DNA of 36,125 bases from a virus (Duplodnaviria > Caudoviricetes). Position numbers and translations under genes: made by a program. Below the pieces are notes generated by a model. The model was not told the origin of the DNA. It saw nothing but the letters and a program-made list of their open reading frames with translations, and did not search any database. Within the stretch, counting starts at the first letter, position 1. Each line of letters opens with the position of its first letter. This document shows, in pieces, positions 1 through 8,190 of the stretch. The DNA lies in the IMG/VR virus record IMGVR_UViG_3300037565_000029, positions 1 through 36,125 of that record. The stretch is one strand, 5' to 3'.

Positions 1-127
1 GGGAATACCTGGAGCGGAACGTCAAGCAGGCGCGCGACATACCGGCTAAGGCGAACGGGATCAGGCGGCTTCACTTCTGCCAGTGGACGGACGCGGAATC
101 GGCCTGGATCAGCCGGGCCGCCTGGGA
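1..127. repeat. Terminal direct repeat, copy 1 (assembly overlap)
   Basis: Identical to 35999-36125. It falls mid-terL, and 127 nt matches a common assembler k-mer size. Confidence 0.95.
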
Positions 128-881
128 AGAGATCGAAGACCCGACGCTCGACATAGACGATTACGAGGGCGCGGCCTGCTACGCCGGGCTGGACCTCTCG
201 CAGACCACGGACCTCACGGCGAAGGCGCTGGTGTTCGAGGACGGCGAGACCGAAGACGGCCTGAAGAAATACGCGGCCTTCGTTCACGGCTACACGCCGG
301 AGGACACGATGCGCGCGAGGGGCGAGAAAGACGGACTCCTGCCTGGGCAGGATTACGCGGCGTGGGTGGAGGAAGGGTTTCTCACCGCCACGCCAGGTAA
401 AAAGGTGCGGCTCTCCTATGTCGCGAGCGACTTGTATGACGACGCGCAGCGGTTCGAGCTGCGCATGTGCGCCTATGACAACTACCTGATCCGCAGCTTT
501 GAAGACGAGCTAGACGAGCTAGGGGCGAGCCTGCCGCTGGTTGATCACCCGCAGAACTTCTTACGCCGCACGTCTGAAGTGGACGGGCTGGGCGATGTCG
601 AGCTGTGGATGCCGGGTTCGGTGGACGCGCTTGAAACGCTGGTTCTTGAGGGCCGCATTCGTGTGCATGTCAACAAGCCGCTCCGGTGGGCGGTGGCCTC
701 GGCGACGTTTGCTGAAGGTCAGGACGGGCAGCGCCGGTTCACGAAAGCCAAGGCCACAGGCCGGATCGACATGGCGGTGGCGCTGGCCATGGCGGTGGGC
801 GCGGCTGAGGCGTCTGGTGGTGTGGCTAAGGCGCCGCCGACCCCTTGGGACGCTGATCCCGATTACAGACTGGTGGTGTGA
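3..881 (+). CDS. terL: Terminase large subunit, C-terminal nuclease part (continues from 35074 across the junction)
   Basis: Open from position 3: EYLERNVKQAR...YAGLDLSQTTDLTA...KATGRIDMAVALAMA (RNase H-like terminase motifs). Confidence 0.95.
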   Translation, partial: EYLERNVKQARDIPAKANGIRRLHFCQWTDAESAWISRAAWEEIEDPTLDIDDYEGAACYAGLDLSQTTDLTAKALVFEDGETEDGLKKYAAFVHGYTPEDTMRARGEKDGLLPGQDYAAWVEEGFLTATPGKKVRLSYVASDLYDDAQRFELRMCAYDNYLIRSFEDELDELGASLPLVDHPQNFLRRTSEVDGLGDVELWMPGSVDALETLVLEGRIRVHVNKPLRWAVASATFAEGQDGQRRFTKAKATGRIDMAVALAMAVGAAEASGGVAKAPPTPWDADPDYRLVV

Positions 882-2131
882 TGTTCGATTTTCTGAAGCG
901 AGAAAAGCGCGCCACTGAAATTCCAGCCGGGGCGGTGTCTGTTTCTGATCCACGTATTGCGGAGATTTTCGGCGGCTGGCTTGGCGGGATGGATTCCGCG
1001 TCCGGTGTCACGGTGAATACCGAAAGCGCGCTAGGCGTTCCTGCGATATGGGCGGCGGTCAACTTCATCTCGGGTACGCTCGCCGGGCTTCCGCTGAAGG
1101 TCTATCGCAAGCGCGGCGATGATCGCGAGGCTGTGCGCGGCGGCCTGACGAACCTGCTGCATGATGCGGTCAATGATGAGACCAGTTCGTTTGAGTGGCG
1201 CAAGCACGCGTTTGAGCAGGTTCTGACGGGCGGGCGTTCGTTCACCTATATCGAGCGCAACGCGTCCGGCGCGGTGACGGCTCTGTGGCCGCTAGACCCC
1301 ACGGCCATGACCGTGGACATGCCCGCAGGCCAGACCGCCCGGCGCTATCGCTATGGCTCCAAGCGCAGGACTGTGACCTATGAGGCGCGCGAGATTATCG
1401 ACGTTCCGTTCATGCTTCGGCCTGACCGGATCGGCCACCGGTCGCCGCTGACCACAAACCGCGACGTGATCGGCCTCGCCATCGCCGCGACGCAGTACGG
1501 CTCCAAGTTCTTTCAGGGCGGTGGTGTTCCGCCCTTTGCGGTGACGGGCAACTTCCAAAGCGCGGGCGCGCTAAGCCGAGCCGCCGACGATCTGGCCGAA
1601 GCGGTGCGCAAGGCGGCGAAAGAAAAGCGCCAAGCGCTCACCCTGCCGAACGGGCTGGAGATCAAGCCTATCGGCGCGGACCCGGAGAAAAGCCAGCTTG
1701 TCGAACTTAAGCGCTTCATCATTGAAGAGGTGGCGCGGATCTACTCGATCCCGCCGACCTTTCTGCAAGACCTGACGCACGGCACGTTTTCAAACACCGA
1801 ACAGCAAGACCTGCACTTTGTAAAGCACACCATCAAGCGCTGGGCTGAACAGTTTGAGCAGGAATTGAACCTGAAGCTCTTTGGCCGTCGCTCAAGCACG
1901 CAATATGCGGAACTGAACATGGACGGCCTGCTTCGCGGTGACTTCAAGACCCGCATGGACGGCTACGCGCAAGGCATCCAAAACGGCATCCTGACGCCGA
2001 ACGAAGCGCGCCGCCAGGAGAACCGCCCAAGCATGAATAACGGCGACGTGCTGTTGATCCAGGGCGCAACCGTGCCGCTGGGAAGCCAGCCCGTGAACCA
2101 GCCGCCCGCAGAGCCGAACGGCGAGGAATAG
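878..2131 (+). CDS. HK97-family portal protein
   Basis: 417 aa; VWAAV-like start, IARIYSIPP, FSNTEQQ, GILTPNEAR motifs; follows terL. Confidence 0.95.
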   Translation: MMFDFLKREKRATEIPAGAVSVSDPRIAEIFGGWLGGMDSASGVTVNTESALGVPAIWAAVNFISGTLAGLPLKVYRKRGDDREAVRGGLTNLLHDAVNDETSSFEWRKHAFEQVLTGGRSFTYIERNASGAVTALWPLDPTAMTVDMPAGQTARRYRYGSKRRTVTYEAREIIDVPFMLRPDRIGHRSPLTTNRDVIGLAIAATQYGSKFFQGGGVPPFAVTGNFQSAGALSRAADDLAEAVRKAAKEKRQALTLPNGLEIKPIGADPEKSQLVELKRFIIEEVARIYSIPPTFLQDLTHGTFSNTEQQDLHFVKHTIKRWAEQFEQELNLKLFGRRSSTQYAELNMDGLLRGDFKTRMDGYAQGIQNGILTPNEARRQENRPSMNNGDVLLIQGATVPLGSQPVNQPPAEPNGEE

Positions 2132-2135
2132 CAAC

Positions 2136-2711
2136 ATGGAACTTGAAAAGCGGATGGGTCTGCCGGTGGAAGCACGGGCGGACGAAGAAGGCGTGCGCGT
2201 CGCTGGCTATGCGGCGGTGTTTAACGAAGAGACCAACATCGCCGGGGCGTTCATGGAGCGCATCGAGCCGGGCGCGTTTCGCGATGCGGTCGGGCGCGAT
2301 GACGTGGTGTTCCTTGTGAACCATGACGGCCTCCCGCTGGCGCGCTCCCGCGCCGGGCAAGGAACGCTCACGCTGCGAGAAGACGAGCGCGGGCTTTATA
2401 TGGAAACGCTGCTGGACGGCGAAGACCCGGACGTTCGCTCTATCACCGGCAAGATGAAGCGCGGCGACCTGGACAAGATGAGCTTTGCCTTCCGGGCTGA
2501 AGTCGAAGAATGGGACGAGAGCGGCGAGCTTCCCGTCCGCACCATCAAGCAGGCCCGGCTTTATGACGTGAGCGTCGTGACCAGCCCGGCTTACGAAGGC
2601 ACCGAGATCGGCTTGCGGTCTCTTGAGGCGGCGCGCGCCGAGCGCGTGAACCCTGAACTGAACAAAGCCCGACGCACCCGGCTGTTGCTGGCGCTGCGCG
2701 GCAAGGAATAG
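2136..2711 (+). CDS. HK97-family prohead protease
   Basis: GYAAVFN, ERIEPGAF, NHD, MSFAF, DVSVVTSPAY motifs. Confidence 0.95.
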   Translation: MELEKRMGLPVEARADEEGVRVAGYAAVFNEETNIAGAFMERIEPGAFRDAVGRDDVVFLVNHDGLPLARSRAGQGTLTLREDERGLYMETLLDGEDPDVRSITGKMKRGDLDKMSFAFRAEVEEWDESGELPVRTIKQARLYDVSVVTSPAYEGTEIGLRSLEAARAERVNPELNKARRTRLLLALRGKE

Positions 2712-2775
2712 CGCGCTCCGCGCTATCGCCCCTCGCGGCCCTTGGGCAAGGCCACCTCAAAGATGGAGAAGCCAT

Positions 2776-4059
2776 ATGGCGACCCTGAAGGAACTGCGGG
2801 AGCGCGTGGCGAAGCACGTCACTGAAGCCCGTGAAGCTGTGGACCAGATCAAGCCGGACACCCCGGAGGATCGTGCGAAAGAACTGAACGAGCAGGCTGA
2901 CCGCGCGCTTGAAGACGTTCGCCAGACTGAAGCGCAGATCGAGCGTCTGGAGAAGATTGAAGCGTCTCAGCGCAAGATGGAAGAAGCCGCCGAGCATGAG
3001 GCCCGCGCCAAGCGTCCGACCTCTGACGGCGGTGAAGCCCCCGGCGTGGATGGCGGCGATGAGCCGTCCTACCGTGAGGCGTTCCACGAATACCTGCGCT
3101 GTCAGGGCCAGATGGGCGATATGCGCCCCGAAGCCCGCTCCGTTCTTCGCGCTGGCTATCAGAAGGTCGAAGAGCGCGCGCAAACCGTGGGCACGAACTC
3201 GGCTGGTGGATTCACCGTCCCGACCGAACTGCAGAACATCCTCATTCGCTCCATGCTGGCCTTCGGCCCGATGTACAGCGAAGATGTCGGCACGGTCATC
3301 ACCACGTCCGGCGGCGGTCAGATCACCATGCCGACCGTGGACGATACTGCTGTGACGGCGGGCGCGCACACTGAAGGCGCGACGCTGACCGATGACGGCG
3401 GCAAGGACGTGACCTTCGGCCAGAAAGTGCTGGATGCTTTCGCGTTCGACACCGAGTGGGTGCGGGTCTCGAAGGAACTGGCCGACGACTCCATCTTTGC
3501 GATGGAGCAACTGCTGGGCGATCTGCTGGGCGAGCGCCTGGGCCGGATTGCAAACCTTCAGCTCACCACCGGCTCTGGCTCTTCAGCTCCGAACGGTATT
3601 GCTACCGCTGCGGGCGCTGGCGTCACTGCCGCTGGCACGGCTGCTGTGACCTATGACGAGATCATTGATCTTGAGCACAGCGTTGACCCGGCTTACCGCC
3701 AGGCTCCCGGCGTGGGTTACATGTTCAACGATGCCACGCTGAAGGTCATTCGCAAGCTGAAGGACGGCGACGGCAACTATCTGTGGCAGATGGGCAATGT
3801 TCAGGCCGGTATTCCCGGCACGCTGAACGGGCGCCGCTACATCATCAACCAGCAGATCGCCAGCCTGGGCGCGTCGAACAAGTTCATGCTGTTCGGTGAC
3901 TTCAAGAAGTACTACGTCCGCAAGGTCGGCGCTCCGCTGATCGGTGCGCTTCAGGACAAGGACTTCTGGCCGGGCTTCGGCGTGGCGGGTTACATCCGCT
4001 TCGACGGCGAACTGGCCGACGCGGGCGCGGTGAAGGCCCTCGTCAACGCCGCTGCCTAA
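2776..4059 (+). CDS. HK97-fold major capsid protein with N-terminal scaffold (delta) domain
   Basis: Coiled-coil N-terminus, GGFTVP, KLKDGDGNYLWQ, FGDFKKY; strong codon bias; GGAG SD. Confidence 0.95.
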   Translation: MATLKELRERVAKHVTEAREAVDQIKPDTPEDRAKELNEQADRALEDVRQTEAQIERLEKIEASQRKMEEAAEHEARAKRPTSDGGEAPGVDGGDEPSYREAFHEYLRCQGQMGDMRPEARSVLRAGYQKVEERAQTVGTNSAGGFTVPTELQNILIRSMLAFGPMYSEDVGTVITTSGGGQITMPTVDDTAVTAGAHTEGATLTDDGGKDVTFGQKVLDAFAFDTEWVRVSKELADDSIFAMEQLLGDLLGERLGRIANLQLTTGSGSSAPNGIATAAGAGVTAAGTAAVTYDEIIDLEHSVDPAYRQAPGVGYMFNDATLKVIRKLKDGDGNYLWQMGNVQAGIPGTLNGRRYIINQQIASLGASNKFMLFGDFKKYYVRKVGAPLIGALQDKDFWPGFGVAGYIRFDGELADAGAVKALVNAAA

Positions 4060-4071
4060 GCGGTGAACTGA

Positions 4072-4106
4072 AACGGCGGGCGAGGCTTCGGCCTCGCCCG
4101 TTTGTT
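4072..4106 (+). terminator. Intrinsic terminator-like hairpin after capsid gene
   Basis: cgggcgaggc-ttcg-gcctcgcccg followed by tttgtt. Confidence 0.75.
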
Positions 4107-4119
4107 CTTGGAGTATCCC

Positions 4120-4302
4120 ATGAAGATCAAACTTCTGACATCCCGCGCTGGCGCGGACGGCGCGTTCGCTGCGGGTGACGAGATCGAAGTCTCCGACGCC
4201 GAGGCCGCGCGCATGATCGAAGCGGGCCAGGCTTTGCCGGTGCGCGAGCAGCGCGTCGAGAAGGCCACCCGCAAGCCTCGCGCTGAGAAGGCGTCCAAGT
4301 AA
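4120..4302 (+). CDS. Small conserved post-capsid protein (60 aa)
   Basis: GGAG SD then MKIKLLTSRAG...GDEIEVSDAEAARMIEAGQA; typical gene at this position. Confidence 0.8.
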   Translation: MKIKLLTSRAGADGAFAAGDEIEVSDAEAARMIEAGQALPVREQRVEKATRKPRAEKASK

Positions 4303-4910
4303 TGTACGGCGGGCGCGACGTTTCCCACGAGCCGCTGCTGGAGCGCACGGTTGCGCCGACCAGCACCATCATCTCGCTTGCGGAGGCGAAAGCCCACCTG
4401 AATGTCGATCACGCCGACGATGACGACTACATCACGGCGCTTGTTGCGGCGGCGGACAACCATCTTGACGGCCCGTTCGGTGCAGTTGGTATCGCCCTTC
4501 TTGTGCAGACCTGGAAGCTGACGACCGGCGCGCCGAATGGGCGCGACGGCGTGCGCTTGCCGGTTCTTCCTCTGGTGGCTGTCACCGGGGTTGCGTACCT
4601 GGACCGCGATCAGATTGAGCAGACCGCGAGCCTGTCAGACTTCCAATGGTTCAGTGGCGACACGTTCGCCTATATTGAGCCTAAGCATGATCAGCGCTGG
4701 CCCGCTATGAGCGCCGAGCGTGACGCCCTGCGCATCACCTTCACCGCTGGCGAGGGTTGCCCGGAGGCGATCAAGCACGCTGCGAAGCTGCTGGTCGGTC
4801 ACTGGTATGAAAACCGCGAAGCGGTGAACGTGGGACAGTCAATCAACGAATACCCGCTGGCCGTTGACGCGCTTCTGTCGCGCCACCGTCGCGGCTGGAT
4901 GAGCGCCTGA
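4302..4910 (+). CDS. Head-tail connector (gp6-like)
   Basis: ISLAEAKAHLNVD, AIKHAAKLLVGHWYENRE. Confidence 0.9.
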   Translation: MYGGRDVSHEPLLERTVAPTSTIISLAEAKAHLNVDHADDDDYITALVAAADNHLDGPFGAVGIALLVQTWKLTTGAPNGRDGVRLPVLPLVAVTGVAYLDRDQIEQTASLSDFQWFSGDTFAYIEPKHDQRWPAMSAERDALRITFTAGEGCPEAIKHAAKLLVGHWYENREAVNVGQSINEYPLAVDALLSRHRRGWMSA

Positions 4911-4911
4911 C

Positions 4912-5280
4912 ATGCGCGCCGGTCAACTGCGTGACAGCATCCGCGTGGAGCGCCGGGGCGAGGACAGCACGGACGGCTGGGGAAACCCTGTCTCTGGCGA
5001 CTTTGCAGAACTGATCGCCGCCCAGCCCGCCCGGCTTATACCTATGGGCGGTGACGAGCAAGTGAGGGCGGATCGGCTGACCGGCTCGGTGAAGTACGAA
5101 GTCACGCTGCGCTGGTCCTCGGCAAACGCTGGTATCCGCGCTGATGATCGCTTCGTTCTGGCGCGCGCCTCTGCGGGGCTTGCGAGCGCAACCGTGCTGA
5201 ACGTGCGCCATGAGGGCGTGGACCCGACTGAGAAGCGCCGCGAGTTGCGGTTCGTGTGCGAGACCGGGGTGGCGACGTAG
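4912..5280 (+). CDS. Head closure / head-tail adaptor (SPP1 gp16-like)
   Basis: MRAGQLRDSIRVER...DGWGN start; synteny. Confidence 0.85.
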   Translation: MRAGQLRDSIRVERRGEDSTDGWGNPVSGDFAELIAAQPARLIPMGGDEQVRADRLTGSVKYEVTLRWSSANAGIRADDRFVLARASAGLASATVLNVRHEGVDPTEKRRELRFVCETGVAT

Positions 5281-5283
5281 AGC

Positions 5284-5643
5284 CTAGATGCTGTCAAATC
5301 GGCGCGCGTAATTGTCGGGGAGGCTTTCAAGTAAATGGTTCGCGCGGTCCCGTATATGGCGCGCAACGTCTTCAACGGGTAGGCGCTCAAATTGACTTCT
5401 CACGAGCATTTCTGGCGGCAATGAAAATCGTTCATACAGGGCGGTGCACTCATTCGGTCCGGCTCCCCCGTCAACGATGCAGCGCCGCAGAATTGTTAGA
5501 AGCTCTTCGCGGCTTCCAATAAATGCTTGGTGGGTGCACCTCACAAGGTCTGAAAGCCAATCAAATCCAAGCGTCCGCATATCTTCTTGCAGTCTGATAA
5601 TTTCGCGAGTGCGATCTAGCGCGGCTTTGGTTTGCGGCATCAT
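5284..5643 (-). CDS. Hypothetical protein (119 aa), third gene of antisense insert
   Basis: The ATG overlaps the upstream stop (ATGA). The longer 5793 start in the ORF track is probably wrong. Confidence 0.65.
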   Translation of the reverse strand: MMPQTKAALDRTREIIRLQEDMRTLGFDWLSDLVRCTHQAFIGSREELLTILRRCIVDGGAGPNECTALYERFSLPPEMLVRSQFERLPVEDVARHIRDRANHLLESLPDNYARRFDSI

Positions 5644-5816
5644 TTCCAAGGCTCCATTCGGTGATACAGGGCAGTACAGGCGAGAGCGAGGGTTTGATCC
5701 CCGCCGCGCCGCTTGTACCGGGTGACAGTGTTCGGTGAGACGCCAAGGCGGCGGGCCGCTTCGGCGGCGGATATGTTCATGGCGGCGAGCCATGCGGTGA
5801 ACTGGTCAGGCGTCAA
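5640..5816 (-). CDS. Small XRE/Cro-type HTH protein (58 aa; absent from ORF track)
   Basis: TTG start; MTPDQFTAWLAAMNISAAEAARRLGVSPNTVTRYKRRGGDQTLALACTALYHRMEPWK; classic HTH pattern; overlaps both neighbours. Confidence 0.8.
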   Translation of the reverse strand: MTPDQFTAWLAAMNISAAEAARRLGVSPNTVTRYKRRGGDQTLALACTALYHRMEPWK

Positions 5817-6147
5817 CGGAAGCGCGCCCCGCGACTTCTTTTGCTATCGCACTCGGGCGCACCCATAACTGAATGCCGGGGTGCGGAACTATGCAGAAGG
5901 CGTGCGCTGTTGTTAGGTCGAGCTCCTTTTCAACGTCGCGCACAGCGCTCTCTGCGCGCTGATGCCCTATGCACTGAGACAGCCGCCAAAGCACGGCAGC
6001 GCGCACGGCATCGTTAAAGGTATAGGTGCGCGGCGATCCGGTTCCCGGTTTTGAGCCGCCGTCTAGCCACAGGACGTCACGATCAAGCATTGCTTTGATC
6101 TGCCCATTGGTAAGCCCTGCGGCTTCCTCAAACTGCTGTCGGTTCAT
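5806..6147 (-). CDS. MerR-like winged-HTH protein (113 aa)
   Basis: GAGG SD; MNRQQFEEAAGLTNGQIKAMLDR...PGTGSPRTYTFNDAV resembles the MerR DNA-binding domain. Confidence 0.7.
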   Translation of the reverse strand: MNRQQFEEAAGLTNGQIKAMLDRDVLWLDGGSKPGTGSPRTYTFNDAVRAAVLWRLSQCIGHQRAESAVRDVEKELDLTTAHAFCIVPHPGIQLWVRPSAIAKEVAGRASVDA

Positions 6148-6220
6148 CGTCAACCTCGCTTCTCTGAAATCACCATTATGCACACGATAGCGCGGCGGTC
6201 TATCGCCAAAGTGAGGAAAC

Positions 6221-6631
6221 ATGGCGCGTACGACTGTGAAGGGCCTCGATAAGTTGCGCGCCAAACTCCGCGCCATGCCGGACGAGGTGCGCCGAGAAAT
6301 CCGGGGCGCGCTGGAGAAAAACGCCGAGGAGCTGACCGCAATGCAGAAGCGCCTTGTGCCCGTGGACGATGGCGACCTGCGCGACAGCATCGAATGGAAT
6401 TGGGGAACCGGAGACGAGAGCCGCATTGGCGTTAAGGGCGAGCAAGGCCTCGCCATCACGGTGAGCGCGGGCAATCGGGAAATCTTCTACGCGGGATTCC
6501 GCGAGTTCGGCACGGTGAAGCTGGCGGCTGCGCCATTCTTCTTTCCCTCATATCGGGCATTGCGCCGCCGAATGAAAAGCCGTGTGTCCAGAGCGCAGAA
6601 CAAGGCCATCAAGAGGATTGCAGCACGATGA
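6221..6631 (+). CDS. HK97 gp10-like neck/tail protein
   Basis: VKGLDKL, PVDDGDLRDSI, FREFGT, PFFFPS. Confidence 0.9.
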   Translation: MARTTVKGLDKLRAKLRAMPDEVRREIRGALEKNAEELTAMQKRLVPVDDGDLRDSIEWNWGTGDESRIGVKGEQGLAITVSAGNREIFYAGFREFGTVKLAAAPFFFPSYRALRRRMKSRVSRAQNKAIKRIAAR

Positions 6632-7083
6632 GCGATCCGTTCTCCGCGTTGCAGCCCGCCGTGCATGCCGCGCTGTCAGCCTCCCTGACGGCGGATAACA
6701 CGATGGTCACAGCAGACGCGACAGCGTACACAGCCGACAATAGGTCGATCAGACACATCATCGGACGGGTATATGACCATGTGCCGAACAGCCCGACCTT
6801 TCCGTATCTACGCATCGACGTGACTGACATCACCGAGGACGATGACGGTTGCGGAAAGCATTGGGTGTGTGCGGTCAACGTCCATATCTGGTCGCGCGCG
6901 ACTGGACGCCAGGAAGCCAGCGAAATCGCCGGGCCGGTGCGCGATGCGCTGGACAGCATCACCACCGTGACCGGCTACGCGATTAATTACAACCAGTTCC
7001 GCCAGACCCGTCTCATGGATGACCCTGACGGTCTGACAACGCATGGCATCGTGTCTCACGAGATCGCCCTAGCCGCCACCTAG
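6628..7083 (+). CDS. Tail terminator/completion protein (DUF3168-like) with TAD-repeat insertion
   Basis: GRVYDHVP..FPY, VHIWSR, DPDGLTTHG; synteny. Confidence 0.85.
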   Translation: MSDPFSALQPAVHAALSASLTADNTMVTADATAYTADNRSIRHIIGRVYDHVPNSPTFPYLRIDVTDITEDDDGCGKHWVCAVNVHIWSRATGRQEASEIAGPVRDALDSITTVTGYAINYNQFRQTRLMDDPDGLTTHGIVSHEIALAAT

Positions 7084-7158
7084 CGGCTTCCGTTCCACCC
7101 CTAGCCCAGCCCGCCCGGCGCATCCCGCGACCGGGCTTTCTGCTTATGGAGGCCTGTC

Positions 7159-7614
7159 ATGGCGACAAGCACTGTTTCCTATAACGAGGTACTGATCGCC
7201 GTGGACCCGGCTGGCGGCAGCACCTTTGGCCACCCTTGCCTGATCAATCAGGAAAAGTCGGTGGTCTTCACCCTCAATCTGTCTGAGGACATCGTTCCCG
7301 ACTGCGACAACCCGACTAACCCGGCGCAGGTTTTCCGGCACGCCGACAGCATCGACCTGACCATTTCGGGGACCGGCAAGGTCCACGTCACTGACGTGAA
7401 AACATATGCAGACGTGCTGGCGGCTGGCACGGCGATTCCGGCCAAGCTGCGCATCGGGGCCATCGACACGACCGGGGCCATCGAAGTCAGCGTGGATCTG
7501 TATGTGCAGTCCATGACGGTTTCGACCACCCGCCCGAACACGGCTGAGATCGACATCAGCTTTGCGGCTGACGGCTTCCAGGCGTCTGACATCGCCGCCT
7601 ACGCGACGCCGTAA
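7159..7614 (+). CDS. Major tail tube protein (GTA-like)
   Basis: PDCDNP, ISGTG motifs; GGAGG SD; position. Confidence 0.85.
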   Translation: MATSTVSYNEVLIAVDPAGGSTFGHPCLINQEKSVVFTLNLSEDIVPDCDNPTNPAQVFRHADSIDLTISGTGKVHVTDVKTYADVLAAGTAIPAKLRIGAIDTTGAIEVSVDLYVQSMTVSTTRPNTAEIDISFAADGFQASDIAAYATP

Positions 7615-8033
7615 TGAGCCGCGACGGTTCCATCACCGAGACCTTTGGCGACGGCGAGCATCTGTTTCGCCTCGCCATTGGTCAGCTTCGCGAGCTTCAG
7701 GAAGCGTGCGATGCAGGCCCGCCGCTGATCGCCCGGCGACTGTGGAGCAGCGAATGGCGCGTTGATGACGTGCGCGAGACGATCCGCCTGGGTCTGGTCG
7801 GCGGCGGCATGGACAGTGTGAAGGCTGCGGTGCTGACGAAGCGTTATGTTGACGACAGGCCCGGAGAGTGGGGCCGCAACGCTGTGCTAGCGCAGGCTGT
7901 CCTCGCGGCGGCTCTGTTTGGCGCTGAGGATGAAGACTTGGGAAAGTCAAAGGCGGAAGCGGAAAGGAAGCCGAGCCGCTCCCGCGCGAGAAAATCCGCT
8001 TCGGCCTCATCTACGGAAACGGCGCAGTCGTAG
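7614..8033 (+). CDS. Tail assembly chaperone (GTA gp10-like)
   Basis: FRLAIGQLRELQE, ETIRLGLVGGGM; lies between tube and tape measure genes. Confidence 0.85.
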   Translation: MSRDGSITETFGDGEHLFRLAIGQLRELQEACDAGPPLIARRLWSSEWRVDDVRETIRLGLVGGGMDSVKAAVLTKRYVDDRPGEWGRNAVLAQAVLAAALFGAEDEDLGKSKAEAERKPSRSRARKSASASSTETAQS

Positions 8034-8179
8034 GCTTCACCCCGCAACAGGTGGACGCCATGAGCCTGTGGCAGTTCCAGGCGTGCATGATCGGCCATGC
8101 CAAGGGCCAAGGCGCGGATGACAAGGGCGAGGCCCCGTCTGACGAAGCGTTCCTAGAGGCGGCTTCAACGCTGTATTGA
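7940..8179 (+). other. Programmed -1 frameshift (G GGA AAG at 7940-7946) and extended chaperone frame
   Basis: Lambda G/GT heptamer in the correct phase. The -1 frame is open to TGA 8177-8179 (...GFTPQQVDAMSLWQF...). Confidence 0.85.
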
Positions 8180-8190
8180 TGAGGTGACGG

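Noticed and set aside
1-127. Biological terminal repeat
   Set aside because: It falls mid-terL and has a typical k-mer length. The HNH/terS/HK97 layout suggests cos ends instead.
2545-3510. Long antisense ORFs over capsid and other structural genes
   Set aside because: These are shadow ORFs caused by high-GC codon bias, with no recognisable motifs or SD.
5644-5793. N-terminal extension of the 169-aa ORF (likewise the 6148-6474 extension of the 222-aa ORF)
   Set aside because: These stretches are occupied by the small HTH gene and by gp10 on the other strand; the shorter starts have SD or coupling support.
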